A stretch of DNA of 56,516 nucleotides, filler included, from Sphacelaria rigidula (Eukaryota), in assembly GCA_964200075.2 (NCBI GenBank). It is 7 parts of 7 records of this genome, joined end to end, with 100 filler letters (N's around TTAATTAATTAA, not from the genome) between each part and the next. Parts side by side here need not be neighbours in the genome. Positions count along the whole stretch, not along the records: positions 32,354 to 40,341 come from CAXNAA020012734.1; positions 40,442 to 48,429 come from CAXNAA020012735.1; positions 48,530 to 56,516 come from CAXNAA020012736.1; 4 more parts are not named here. One strand, written 5' to 3'. Under the pieces are notes generated by a model. That model searched no databases. It was given only the letters and a program-made list of their open reading frames with translations, and was not told the DNA's origin. The position numbers and the translations under genes are program-made. Positions 36,239 to 48,577 of the stretch are shown here, in pieces. How positions within the stretch are numbered: position 1 is the stretch's first letter; the number at the start of each line of letters is the position of its first letter.

Positions 36239-37420
36239 TTAAGCGTGAGAATTGAACCAGACGTGAAATCATTCCGAGCACGGGGGTCACTTGTCACTCC
36301 CCGCAGATAAGGACTCCACAAAACCGCTTCAACGGGTTCGAAATCGAAAAACCACGTTTACTGGCGATCGCAGGCCTGCTTCCAGAAACCATTGTGTGAA
36401 CTTTCGTCTCCCACCTCTCCAATTTGGCCTGAGGTCTTGAAGCAAAATAAGCTATTCCGAAGAGAGCAATGGCCCGTCGGTCTTTTGTGATCCGGTGGGT
36501 TGTGGAACACCGTTGTACTTTTGCAATCTCGGGGCTGGTGTCAGGGTCAAGCTAGGCTCTTCCGCCACCAACGGGCAGTTGTCGCATCATCGATGGTTGG
36601 CTCAAGCAACGGATACAGTACTGGGTACTGGTCGTCACGCATAGAAAGATGGAGACAGAACAGTAATAGCGGAGAAAGTCGGGGACCATTTCCGGGGAGA
36701 AAGGGGCGTGGTCGTTGTGGCGTCCGTGAACGGCAAATGAGCGGGGAAAGAGCCGAAGGCGTGGGCGCCATGGTTGGAGTTGGGGCGTAGACTCCTTGCG
36801 CGCGATGTTCCGCACAGGTACAGTGTAGAGAGTGATGGCCTAGCAAAGGTACGTTCTCGACCGATCCGTAGCCCAGATAAGGTACGATTGAAAAAGAATT
36901 CCTAGATCAGGTATACCTGGTCGAAATTTGGCCTCCAAAACGTCAGCGGTTTCTGGAGGCGAGACGTCCATTTTCGCGTGGCAATTTCTCTCGAGTAACA
37001 TGTTTTTGTCCCGTTTTTTTTCGAGGCCCGGGTGCTGATGGTCCCCCCGAATGATGTGCGTGAAAAACTCGGAGCGAAAACGGTAAGAATGGCGTGTTTG
37101 GCTGTTTTCCCGTTTGTGGCCATATTGTGTACCTTTCTTGGGCAAAAAACGAGAAGGTACACCTTTTCTAGGCCATTGCTCTTCAATATACATTATTCAC
37201 TTGCTGTTGTACTTTTTTTTTTCCATTTTGAGCGAGCGTTCCGGGTTTGGTCTCCTTACTGTCAACGTCTAAATTGAGGGCCACGCCTGGGTCCCTCGCG
37301 GATCAGTTAACGTGCGACAGTCAATAATCAAACTGTCGGGGAGGCGTGAGGTTTGGCGAATATATCATTTTGCTCCGAGAATGTGTTGCATTCGATGAAG
37401 GGGGGGGGGGGGGAAGGGGG

Positions 37421-37529
37421 CGTACTCGTTTGTTTCTTGGCGTTAATCGTTTGACCATTGACGACGCATCCCTTTGGACACGGAGCACAGTTCCTACTCC
37501 TGATAGAGACACCTTCAACATTCCGGAAT
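37421..37529 (-). mobile_element. LINE family A 3' fragment between two G-runs
   Basis: Minus translation NVEGVSIRSRNCAPCPKGCVVNGQ; G-runs at 37400-37420 and 37530-37548. Confidence 0.82.
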
Positions 37530-37679
37530 GGGGGGGGGGGGGGGGGGGAACCCCAGGAAACAGAGGCACACCCGAGAAGAAGAAGAGGGCCAAAAACCGG
37601 CCACCAGNNNNNNNNNNCACATCGTCCCCGCGGTTCTGGGGATACTGCGCCGGTGTCAGTGGTGCCCGCCCATCCCGGT

Positions 37680-37716
<37 letters not shown>

Positions 37717-38874
37717 AACCCAGGGAACCAGCGGAACCCAGCGAAGGAAGAAACGGCTCAACATCGGCGACCTGGGACTTCATTCAGCAACATCTCATTA
37801 TCAAGTTGTAGGTTCGCTTTCACAAAGGATCTAGGAAATGGATCGAAGGAGACGATGTTCTCAGATCGTGGGGCATGTGGTGAGGGTGGAGGCGAAGAAA
37901 TTGCACTCGTTGGTGGGCGACACCAACTTATGGCTCAACCGCTTTTGCCTCATCTCATGGTGCCTCCTCTGTGTTACACACTCGGCCATTCGGCTACCCA
38001 CAAAACTTCCTCTGTTCCGGTCAACTTTTCGAGCATCCACGGGAAGTTAACGCCTCGAGAGAGTGCGCGGCCCTCCGGAGGGGTGGGATCAAACGCCTCC
38101 AGAGGCTTGTTATGCCTATGGAGGACCGCGCATCCCTCCGGAGGAGTTTGGAGGATGCGCGGGCGTACATAGGCACCATATCTTTTTTACTCTCGAGGGA
38201 TGCAGACCTCAGAAGTCACTGGAGCATCAGATGCCTTCCAGAGATCCGTTTATTCGTTCATGACGGCACCTGGGGATGAAGTATCCTCTATTTTAGAGCT
38301 TTTTTCACACCCGAGAGAATGAAAATCGCGATCGAGGATTTTCATGGAGGTAGCCAAATGGCCGCGTGTGGCGCAGCTTTGTGGAGTACTGGATGCACGC
38401 GACTGTTTGCGCTACACATCATGTGCAAAACATACGGGGCATCTACGACAAGCCCTACAGCGGCGTAATTGGTGGTCGGGGATTCACCTGTTATACACAA
38501 AATCCGAGGTGGTATTCTCTAGGGTACAGTACGATTTTTTTTGTGTACCCACGGTTTTTATCTGGGTATTACCCGTAGAATTACGCCGCGATAGCTCCCC
38601 CCCCCCCCCCCGGCAAAAAAACAAAACAGCCCCCGAGCTGCCAAGAAGGAACTGGCCATACAGCATATGAAAGCTAGTGTCAGGCTAACGGCGTGAAGCG
38701 CCTGATATGGACGACATAGACTAGAATGATCCCCAAGCGTGGGAGTTCCCAGCTATTCGGTGTGCGCGGCTGTTGTCGGTGTGACTTTTACACGTAGATT
38801 TCGCCTGCTCAAATCCGCCACTTTTCTGGGGGAAGGGGGGGGGGGAGCTATTGCGACGACAGGCTATACCTGAT

Positions 38875-39620
38875 GTTTATGTAAACTCTGTAAGCCTCTC
38901 GTACTGATACCCGACAGTTTTTTATGTTCTGTGAGCTCCTCATGCTGGTATCCGATAGTTCTGCAGTGACATCTACCCGAAGTGCTTATACCCTTACCCG
39001 GGGCACGGGTATATATACCCTTGCAGATATACTCGATTGCGGATAAGGGTTTCCTTTGCAACCTCCATACCGTACCCCACATACTCTAAGTTCTGTAACA
39101 ATTCCATATTGGTACCCCACAGTTCTCCAAGTTATGTAAGAATTTTCAACCCTGCCGAAATTCCCATACCCTTCAGAACACAGCTTGGGGTTTTCTTTTG
39201 TCTGTTCTACCGCCCTTGGGGGAATCCCAGGGGGGACAGGAAGACCAAACCCGAACCCAAACCTAACCATGCACAAACACCATGATGTATGGAAGGAATG
39301 CGTTACGAAATATTTTCAATTCATGTTCTGTACGGTACGACTTTTTGTATGCCCGGGTATTGGCCGTGCCCGAAACTGTGTGAGTCCTGCAACTTCCCCG
39401 CTGTTACTCGTACCCGGCGGTTCTGTAAATTCTGCAAGTCTCGCATACCGGTACCCGACGACAGTTCTGTACGATCTGCACGAGTTGTTTACCCTTACCC
39501 GGAGCACGGGTATATATCCTTGTAGAAATGAATACCTGGTTGCGGGTATGGGTTTTTGCACAACCTCCACACCGTACCCGACAGGTTCTGTAAGTTATGT
39601 AAGAAATATTATACCCTTAG
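38875..39620. repeat. Two diverged direct copies of a TTCTGTA/TACCC-motif-rich repeat
   Basis: ACCCTTACCCGG..CACGGGTATATA at ~38990 and ~39492; CAACCTCCA.ACCGTACCC at ~39059 and ~39561 (period ~500 bp). Confidence 0.7.
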
Positions 39621-40341
39621 GTAGCGAGCGTCGCCCCGGAACAGTTTCACAACCTGACAGTATGGAGACATCCGGGAGTTTCCCGGGGGGGAGGAGAGGC
39701 GGGTGTGTGTCCGCAGAGCAGCCGGAAAGCTCACCAAGCCAGCCATGTCTCTTTGCAATTTTTCCACGGAAGATTCTGAGCGAGGAGAGAGGTCCGAGAG
39801 GCACGGAATGACCATCCTGACCAATCACGGCTGTCAAATGGTCATTTTGTTCCCATACAGGTAGGTGCACTACAGGTGGCCTACTGCGCTGTCCAGCCGT
39901 ATTTCTCATTTCGGTCATGGCAATTCAACAAAAAATCATATGAGCACACACAGTGTGCTGTCTACTCTGGTCGCGGTCTATACAGTATGCCACCTGCCTG
40001 ACTCCTCATGTGTTACCAGCATAGCTTCATATTGTTTGCAGTATTGTTGTGGAACACTATTTTAGCAGAGACATCAGCGGCGTGCAGTAGACTGTTCAGT
40101 GGAGAGCGATGGCACGCTTCCTCTTTCTCGCCGTTGTATCCAGCGAAGACATGCAGCACACATACTGACTCGGCACGCGCAAATAGGCTGCAGGGCCAAA
40201 ACTTGTCAAAGGTTCTCCGGGAGTATTTTCTGTGAAGATGCATGTGGTATAGTCCAACTCAGTCCACCTGCGCGCGCAGGGGGGGGGGGGGGGGTGGGCA
40301 TTTTTTGTTGTCTCTGGGGGTTTGGGGCTGGTACCAGGACC

Positions 40342-40441
40342 NNNNNNNNNNNNNNNNNNNNNNNNNNNNNNNNNNNNNNNNNNNNTTAATTAATTAANNN
40401 NNNNNNNNNNNNNNNNNNNNNNNNNNNNNNNNNNNNNNNNN
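40342..40441. other. Artificial contig linker
   Basis: N44-TTAATTAATTAA-N44. Confidence 0.98.
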
Positions 40442-42335
40442 GGGTATGCCCGTTTGCAGATTTATTCGGGATATCCTCACCACATTGGAATAGTAATCCT
40501 GGCGTACTCTCGCATATTTTCGTAAGTCATGTTTTGGATTAGATAAAGGGCTCCTACAGTAACAATTATAACCTCAGAAAATAATTGTGTACCCCTACCG
40601 TAGCATCACACACTCCTAGTTACAATGTGAAGCCACGATGTTTACGCGGAAATATCGGAGCAGTAATGCCCTCTCCCAGATCAAATCCTACCCGCAAATA
40701 AATGGGTTTCGATCAATTGCACCCGACACTATATGTATGTGATGAACGCCAGAACGTGAGATGTGAGCAACCGAACGTGGCGCACTCGTGAATGGAGGAA
40801 TTCAACGCTGATGTCGCTTCACACCGGCCCGTGCTTCAGAGTACTGTGCGATATATGTCCAGCGAACTGTGATATATGACATCTTCTCGCCGCCGAACAA
40901 GAACCACAGGTTCGAATGACAGCCTAGCATTGAGCTCAGGACACGTTCGTCTTTAGTCCATATATACCTTGTTTGGGTGAGCAGGGAAAGGAATACTTGC
41001 GCCCACGCCACTCTCTCCGCGCTTTCAGGGCGCCATTTTAGGGCGTCCTCTTTCAACCGATCGAAGTTGTTGACGCCCACCGTCATGACTGTGGCCCAAT
41101 GGTGTACCGAGAGCGGTGGCTACACCCGTCTGCGTTCAGTTTTCAGGTGTGCTGAGTCCTGCTGTCGGCTGCCTTTTTCTATCATGTGCCCGCACTTTGA
41201 CCTCAGCAGCTGAATTCCTCTGTATTCGGCCCGCTACTCGATCTCAAAGGTCTACTACTACTGGACGACCCGAAATGCATGCAAATTTCCTCAAAATCGA
41301 GGATCAGTCTCTGACGGTTACGTCGACCTTCGTGTGGTCACATTTCAAATGTCGCTGTGCAGCTTACAGGCCGAACGCAGCGAGTAGCCAACAACTGGTC
41401 ACCTTGAGGTATACGATGCCACTTTAAAAGTTTAAGCTGGCATCCTGCTTCACTGTGTTGCATTCTTCATCAGACGCTGACCCTCTCTCGTTCAGCACAC
41501 ATGTTACTCGCATGGCCGACCCTGCCAATGACGATAACTTCAACGACGCAACAGCTACTGTTAAATCTGTAGTGTACAGTGCTGCTAAAAGCGCGGGAGC
41601 ATCGTTTGTCAACACTTGACCGCGTAATATGTTCTCATGTGCCAACGAGCTGGCAGAGACAACCAGAGCGACTCGACAGTGCTCTGGTGTACGATGTGAT
41701 TTTTGTACGATGATGAGTTAGTTGTTCAGCCTAGCGGTGAAAACACAGTGCAGTAGCTCCGTTAAGTGGTACCGAAGCAGAGCTGACCATCCATGCAACA
41801 TCAATCGACCACATCATCTTGGGATGTTGGTTGTTGGATATCCAAGGGATATCACACCCTACGATAGGAGGAGATTCCCTGGCAATGAGCGACACAATAC
41901 TGGGTATAGTCGACCATATATTATCAGTCTTCATCTCGCTATTATAGCACTAGAGGTAGCTGTCACACGCTACAGAAAAAGTGCTGCGATGTGCACCCCG
42001 CTCCTATGCATATAAGCATATAAGCGTTCGACGACTGAGATAAGTAAGTCATGGTGTGTTTGTCGAGATTTGTGATGACAGTGTGTCATTATCCAATCAT
42101 TTTTTGACCGCGGGTATGCGTACAAACTACAGTAAGGTTGAAAATGAAGGCACTACACGATATTTGAAAATATGAGCTCAAGGTACTTGAACGGGGTCCT
42201 AGCTGGCCGTGTAGTCCTGCGCGTCTCTGCAAGGGTACGAATGTACTTGTTACAGCCGATGATTTTGACGATCCTGTGACAGTCTATCCGTCAAGTATAC
42301 TAAAAGCCATATCAAGCCACGAAGACCCCGTGACG

Positions 42336-45300
42336 ATGCCGGCGCTTGGCGCCAACACCTTCAGCAACGACGTCAACACTGAGCCCGATCTTCTGTCAAG
42401 TCAAAGCGTCTTCGTGTCGCCCTTCGCTAAAGGCGAGACAGGTGGTTACCCCGTTACAGTCGACCGCTACCAACACCACCAAAACAAGGATGAAGAGGAA
42501 ATCGAAGTCTTGCAGGGCGATCTTGACGATGGAGGTCCTGTTGCTGGCCATGATCTGCAGTGGCGGTGGGCTGGACCTCCTACTAGCAAGGCAGCAGACG
42601 CGGTGAGATTTTCCAGGGATGAAGAACAATTGCCGAATCCTCATGTGAACGATGATCTTCTGGACAAAGAGTTTGCCCACCCATCGCAGCAGCAGCGGCA
42701 GCAGCAGCAGCAGGCGACCGAAAACCCCACGCCACATTTCAATGATATGCACCAGGGCAACCAAGGGCAATATTCTCGAGAGATGATGCACACCGCTGGT
42801 GATTACGCAGCTCACGGCACTTCACCGGAGAAAGGCGACAATACCCAGACAAATCAGCCCGCAGATCCACCGCCCGAGTACCCCTCAGCAGCAGCAGTGC
42901 CGACATCACCGTCAGCAGCATCCCGCTCTTTCGAAGATCAACCCATCCGAGGCCTGGGCGGTCACCGAGAGTTATCTCTGGATGAGCTCATCGCACAGGG
43001 CGAGCGTCAAATGCGCGAAGCTCAGGCCAAGACTGCAATGGTCAAAACTTCAAGTGACGGAGCCGCAAGGAACCCGTCCACACACCGCTCGCCGCCACCT
43101 GCTGCCGACTCTCCTTCTCCGCGTCGACCTCGACCTACCGCCAAGGCACCCGTCCCCACGGTTGAACGCAACGGTAACAGCAACTTCGACGATCGTATGT
43201 CGAGTATTCCACGCAAAGATCCTCCCGTCCGTCACAGTTCCGACGCCAGCCACAGCAACAGTAACAACAGCAGCAGCAGCGGAAGGCCGCCAGCTAGCGG
43301 GAGCGGCACGCCAACGCTATCCAAGCGGTCGGAGGCAGGCAGCGTCGGTGGAGGCTCCACGATGGGACAAGGCTGCGGCGCCGGTATGTCAGGTCTCCGT
43401 GTGAGTGCTTCTGGCAGGAGCTCGTCGTTTGCGACCAGCTGCTGGTCGGGCGGGGATCCGGAGCAATTGGAGCAGTTGTCAATGGGAGTTTTTCCGGCCG
43501 GAGGGGCCGGCGGGGGAGGCGGGAAGCACGGGGAGCAGGACGAGACTCGTAGCGAGCTCGAGCGAAGAGAGTTTCATGAATTAGAGATGGAGCTTTTGCG
43601 AGAAGAGGAACGAGAAGCCGCGGCGGCGGAAGAGGAAACCTTGCATCGGGAACGAGATGAGATGCTTGATGGAGAAGGCGGTACGATGTCTGCACGGCGG
43701 GGCGTTGTTCTTGACACACCGCGAACGATGATCGAGGATGATTTTTGGGAGGATGAGCGAGAAAGCTACGGCGGGGAGGAGGGCGCCAGTGCACGGAAAG
43801 GGAGCTTGAGTGAAGGGCTTGGGTTCGGGACAGTCGGAGAAGGACAAAGGGGGTGAGTGTGGGGAGTGAACGGGCGGTGCGCGGTCGTCGGTGATTTCTG
43901 CAGATTATTCAACTGATGTTTCAGTTAGCCGCTGTGCGCACGCGGACTTATGTGGCCTGGGTTTCGTTGGTTCTACCTCATGCAGGTCGCGATAGTACTT
44001 TGTAAGCGTCGTAGGGCGGTGAGTTATTCATGCGTTGGTAGGTGCACAGTCGGTCTCCATTGGATGCACTTAATTATGCTACCCGAAGTACCAGGCACCA
44101 GGCACCGTCTGTATTGTTATATTCTTGTACTATCAATCATGTATTGCACGCGTTTCATCGGACATACTGATATCCCTACGGTGCCATCTGCGTGGTCTTC
44201 GTCTATATTACCGCAATTGGCCTGCGTCTACGAGTACACGAGGCGTTCGGCGATTGACATCATTCATACTATCCACATCCATATTCCCCACATCATTAAC
44301 CCGCAGGCACATGGGGTGGGGCCAGGATGAAGGTCGCGCTCCCCGAGCAGGCCACGATCGATATCGACATACCTTGGACGGCACCACCGTGCGGCGGCAA
44401 CATGAGCACGATCTATACCATGACGACGACGACGATTACCTCGACCATGATCTCGAAAAAGACGCGGCGAGATCAGCGAGGAGGTCCGATTGGCCAGAAG
44501 CAGAGGACGGCGCACATCGAAATACGGAGCACGGACCGAACGGCCAAGGCGACGAAGGCCGCACGTACGGAGTAGGAGGATCGCGGTCAGCGAGGGACTC
44601 TGGGTTACAAGAGAGTCGACGGGAAGCGGAAGCTGACGCGTGGACCAATCCAAACATTGGAACGAACAAGAATACCGCAGCGCACGAACGTGGGCAATTC
44701 TCCGCGGGGCTAGAGCAGTCGAGTCGCAGGTCGCTCAAGGGTGGTGCTACGTCGTCGCGAAGATCACCGTCGCCACAGATGAGCCCGACCGCGCCGCCGC
44801 CGCCACCACCACCACCACCACCACCACCACCTCATCATGCATCAGCGTTTTCGGCGGGACACGAGCGGGGTATGGATAAAGACGTCGCGACGCGGCAGCG
44901 AGCGCCTGAGCTGGATGCGTTCGATGACGACCGAGCATGGGGGGAAATGGGGAGCTCTGCGAGTCGACAAGATATACCGCGCACTGCGCCGACACACGCG
45001 AGCCGCCCTGAGCAAAGCAACGGTAGCTTGGCGAGACCCGGCGCCGCCGCCCGGGCGGCATGGCCAGGGACGGGCGGTGCTCAGAATCAGCATGCCAGTG
45101 CGGGAGGTAGGACCGTGCCTGCTTCGATACGAGATGGGGACGGTGCACCACCCCACGGTCCGCCCTCCCAGTCCAAGCTTGTTCAAAGGTTTTTCGGCGC
45201 GAGAGGTAGGCGGGGGAGAGGTGGTGGCGGCGGCCGGGGCCGCGGTGGGGGTGGCCGGTCGGGGAACGGTGGAGAAGCGAGCGAGGCGGGACCTGCGAAG

Positions 45301-47822
45301 GAAGAGACCAGAGCGGGGGCGGAGGGTAGCTGGACGGTGCAGGCGGAATTGCAGGGAAAACTCCGGGAACTGGAGGAGGAGGTAGGTGCAGTTCGTACTT
45401 GGGAGCGACGGGGGAAAAGAAAAGAGAGGCACACAGGGAGGCAGGAACAGGGGAAGACTACCGTAGTCATACGTTGTCTTGCGTCTTACAGTGTCTCCGG
45501 AGATCAAGAAACGTGCTGTAAGAAGCAAAGGTGTGGAATGGGGTTGTCCCGCTCCCTGCCAAGTTTGAGCGCGCGTAACGGCTATCCTTGCACCTCTCCC
45601 GCCGGTACATGCTCCGCTGTGTTGTCAGATCGCGCGGTATAAGGAGGAAAACGAGCGCGCCCGCTTGGCGAGGAGGAAACAGGAAACGGCCTTGGCCGAG
45701 GTCATGCGCAAGCGTCAAGAGGTGCGCCAACCAGCATTTTCCTGGTACATTTCGACGGAATGCGGTTGCCGTTTGTGGTTTTATCCTCCTCCATGATGGA
45801 CTATACATCGGACTATCATGGAATCGCCGTCAATATCGACACGCATATAAACACTGAGGCAAGCTCGATACAATGTTTGCGCGCGCAGTATGCCGGCGGG
45901 TCGCACCGACGCTACACATCGATGTGTATCCCGCATGTATGGACATCAGTGTCGACTGAAGAAAGTACTAGTATGGAGGAAACACGACTTAGGCGACATC
46001 CCCCTCCCGCGCAACCACGGGGAGTCAAACCCCAGCTATGTAGTGTGCGTGCGGTTGGCGGCCATGCTCCACTTTGGAATATGTAGTGTATCACTTGGCG
46101 GGTGCATGGACGTAAATTCACGAGCACAGAATCAAGAGCGTGGATTTTTACTTCTTCGAGTAGCACCCACGTTTTACAAAGCTTCGGGTCGCTTCCGTGG
46201 GGAGGCGTGTTTTCAGACGTCCAGCGGCTTGGTTATCCATTTTGACTGCTTCAAAAGCTGGATCGTACTCTCGCTGTTATACATGTAAGCTTCAAGACCA
46301 GACGGCAGGTCTTGCTCTCAGGTAAATAATGTTTCTTGTTTTCGTTTCATGACAGGTGCGGGAGTGGGCGGAAGCTGAGCGAGCAGCGGTAGAAGCGTGG
46401 TGCACGGAGCAGCGGCAAGCGGCAGCGCGAGAAAAGCGGGCAGCTATGAAACAGGTGTGCTACTGCGCTCCGGTGGTGGTCAAACTGGTGCATGATCGGC
46501 CGCTTTGGGCGGAGTAGTACCAACGGGATCGAATCCCGACAGTAGCGGCTCCTTTATTGGTTCCCTTCATCAGAAATGTGAAAACGCAAGTGATCCAAAA
46601 TCGGACGAAAATCGATGGACTGCGGAAGTGCTGATAGGCATCATCCAGTCGTCAATAGCACCTTGCCAGGTCGACACCAGGGGAGGGATGGATTCATCCC
46701 TTTACACTACGGAGGGGGGCGCGGGGAAGTTGAAGTATGCCCCAGGGGAAAAGCCACCGTGATATCCTCAAGAACTTCTGGGTACCGGAAGATTGACAGC
46801 CACGCCTGGCACTTCGTTATCAAGTGAACATGATGTTGATTCTGAGAGATGATTGCACCTGGGACTTGTTAGAGTTGATGCATCGTGTCATTTCATCGAC
46901 GGAGCCGTCGTGTACGAAGCCGGCCGGTGCCAGGACCGGGTCGGTTTTATTACGAACTACATTTTTGTTGGTTTTCACCACTGTTGTTGGTTTCCGACAT
47001 TTTTGTTGGTTGGCACAGACACAGACACAGACACAGACGGTACCGACTGCATCATGCGCACCCCAACCGGGCACCATTTGCCCCAGTCTGTTCCGTGTTT
47101 GTTGGTTTCCATTTGTACATTTTCATGCGTCGGACAACTCAACTCACCCTAGCTCGAGTATCATTTTCGTGTAACCCAGCGCTGACTTATACGGCATAAC
47201 TCAGCGGGATTTACTTCCACTGACTTGAGTATATGGAATAGCTCAGCGGTACCTTTTCGCACTGGGTGAGTCATATGGTGTAATACAGCAGTACCTATTC
47301 TCACCGCATGAGCAATGCCACATAGCTGCGTCAGCTCATGAGTGGTCCGGCGTGTGAATTCGATACTAAAATGTACATTTCAAAACCGCTTCGATTCGTT
47401 TCCCTGTGAAGCCATTGCTAGCGATTGCTACTGCCCAAAGCGCACTCTCACGAAGGGGGAAAACAAAATCAACGTGCTGACCTGCGTAGCAGCGACTGAG
47501 GTGTATGTAAACTTGAAGTATACTCCAAAACCCGTATATTTTTCCCTGTGTACTTTGCTCTCCCTTCTCGTCGCTGCGCCCACTAGTCCCTCTTTCGCCG
47601 TTGCGTCCAATTCTGAACCCCTATTCGGCCACGCGACCGCTCTATCTTGTCGGCGCAGGCTCAAGGGATGCGAGCGAGGGCGCAAGCCGGAGGAGGTTCG
47701 GGGGTTGGTTCGGCTGTGGAGCGCAGGCAGCGACAAGAGATCGAAGGCCTGAAGGCGACCGTAGAGAAAGGGAAACTGGACGCTGAAGCCGCTCGGAAAA
47801 AGGCGAAGGCTGCAGAACGGAG
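42336..47822 (+). CDS. CENPJ: Centriolar protein SAS-4/CPAP/CENPJ homologue, 5' part. Exons 42336-43852, 44307-45381, 45629-45721, 46356-46454, 47659-47822; C-terminal TCP domain lies beyond the contig
   Basis: Phase-compatible GT-AG exons. Family motifs in the correct order: FEDQPIRG..LDELIAQ, ELERREFHELE, PSQSKLVQRFF, then the coiled coil GKLRELEEE-IARYKEEN..REKR..RQEIEGLK. The start ATG is inferred. Confidence 0.85.
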
Positions 47823-47835
47823 GTGTGGTTCTCGC

Positions 47836-47837
47836 CG

Positions 47838-47881
<44 letters not shown>

Positions 47882-47945
47882 CTTGCTGTTGCTGCTGCTG
47901 CTGTTGCTGCTGCTGCTGTTGTTGTTGTCCTTGCTCTTGTTCTTG
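47836..47945. repeat. Compound (TTG)n/(CTG)n microsatellite in an intron
   Basis: Directly visible. Confidence 0.95.
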
Positions 47946-48332
47946 TCATTTTCTTGTCTTATGATCCCATGTGTGTGTGTTTAATTCTTCGACGCTTTTG
48001 GGATCTGTCTTGATGCCTGCCCATAAAAAAGGTTTGTAGAATGCAGGTGCTTGGTCTGGAATATCCGGCATGCCCTTCATTTGTGGCCTTTTTTTTCGAG
48101 ACTTCCCTGCTGTGTGTCTGTATCTCCTCTGCTGCCCTCAATTCCTTCTGCTTCACCACTTCTGTGCTCTCCTTGTGCGCTTCCCCTTTCCCCCATCTTC
48201 CTCTCTCTCTCTCTATATATATATATATATGTATGTTTTTTTCTGCCGGTGTATGTCAGAGCAGTGTGATGCCTTGTCGAAGGATGATGGGGTAGTACAT
48301 ACCTAAAATAGTGCGATCGTAGTGAATGAGCC

Positions 48333-48408
48333 GCGCCCCGGTGATGTAATGGTCCGACTGTCGCCATTAGGGTGGAGAGAACGGGGGTTCGATCCCCAAT
48401 GCGTTGGG
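48333..48408 (+). mobile_element. tRNA-derived SINE head (second copy)
   Basis: GCGCCCCGGTGATGTAATGGTCCGACTG...GGGGGTTCGATCCCCAATGCGTTGGG; matches the reverse complement of 32500-32575. Confidence 0.75.
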
Positions 48409-48429
48409 ATATTTCATCGTAATGTATGA

Positions 48430-48529
48430 NNNNNNNNNNNNNNNNNNNNNNNNNNNNNNNNNNNNNNNNNNNNTTAATTAATTAANNNNNNNNNNNNNNN
48501 NNNNNNNNNNNNNNNNNNNNNNNNNNNNN
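48430..48529. other. Artificial contig linker
   Basis: N44-TTAATTAATTAA-N44. Confidence 0.98.

Positions 48530-48577
<48 letters not shown>

Noticed and set aside
37760-38470. Possible degraded coding or transposon sequence
   Set aside because: Only short ORFs in shifting frames, with no motif I can name.
47647-48013. Poly-Cys / poly-Val / poly-Thr ORFs
   Set aside because: Translations of an intronic trinucleotide microsatellite downstream of the donor at 47823.
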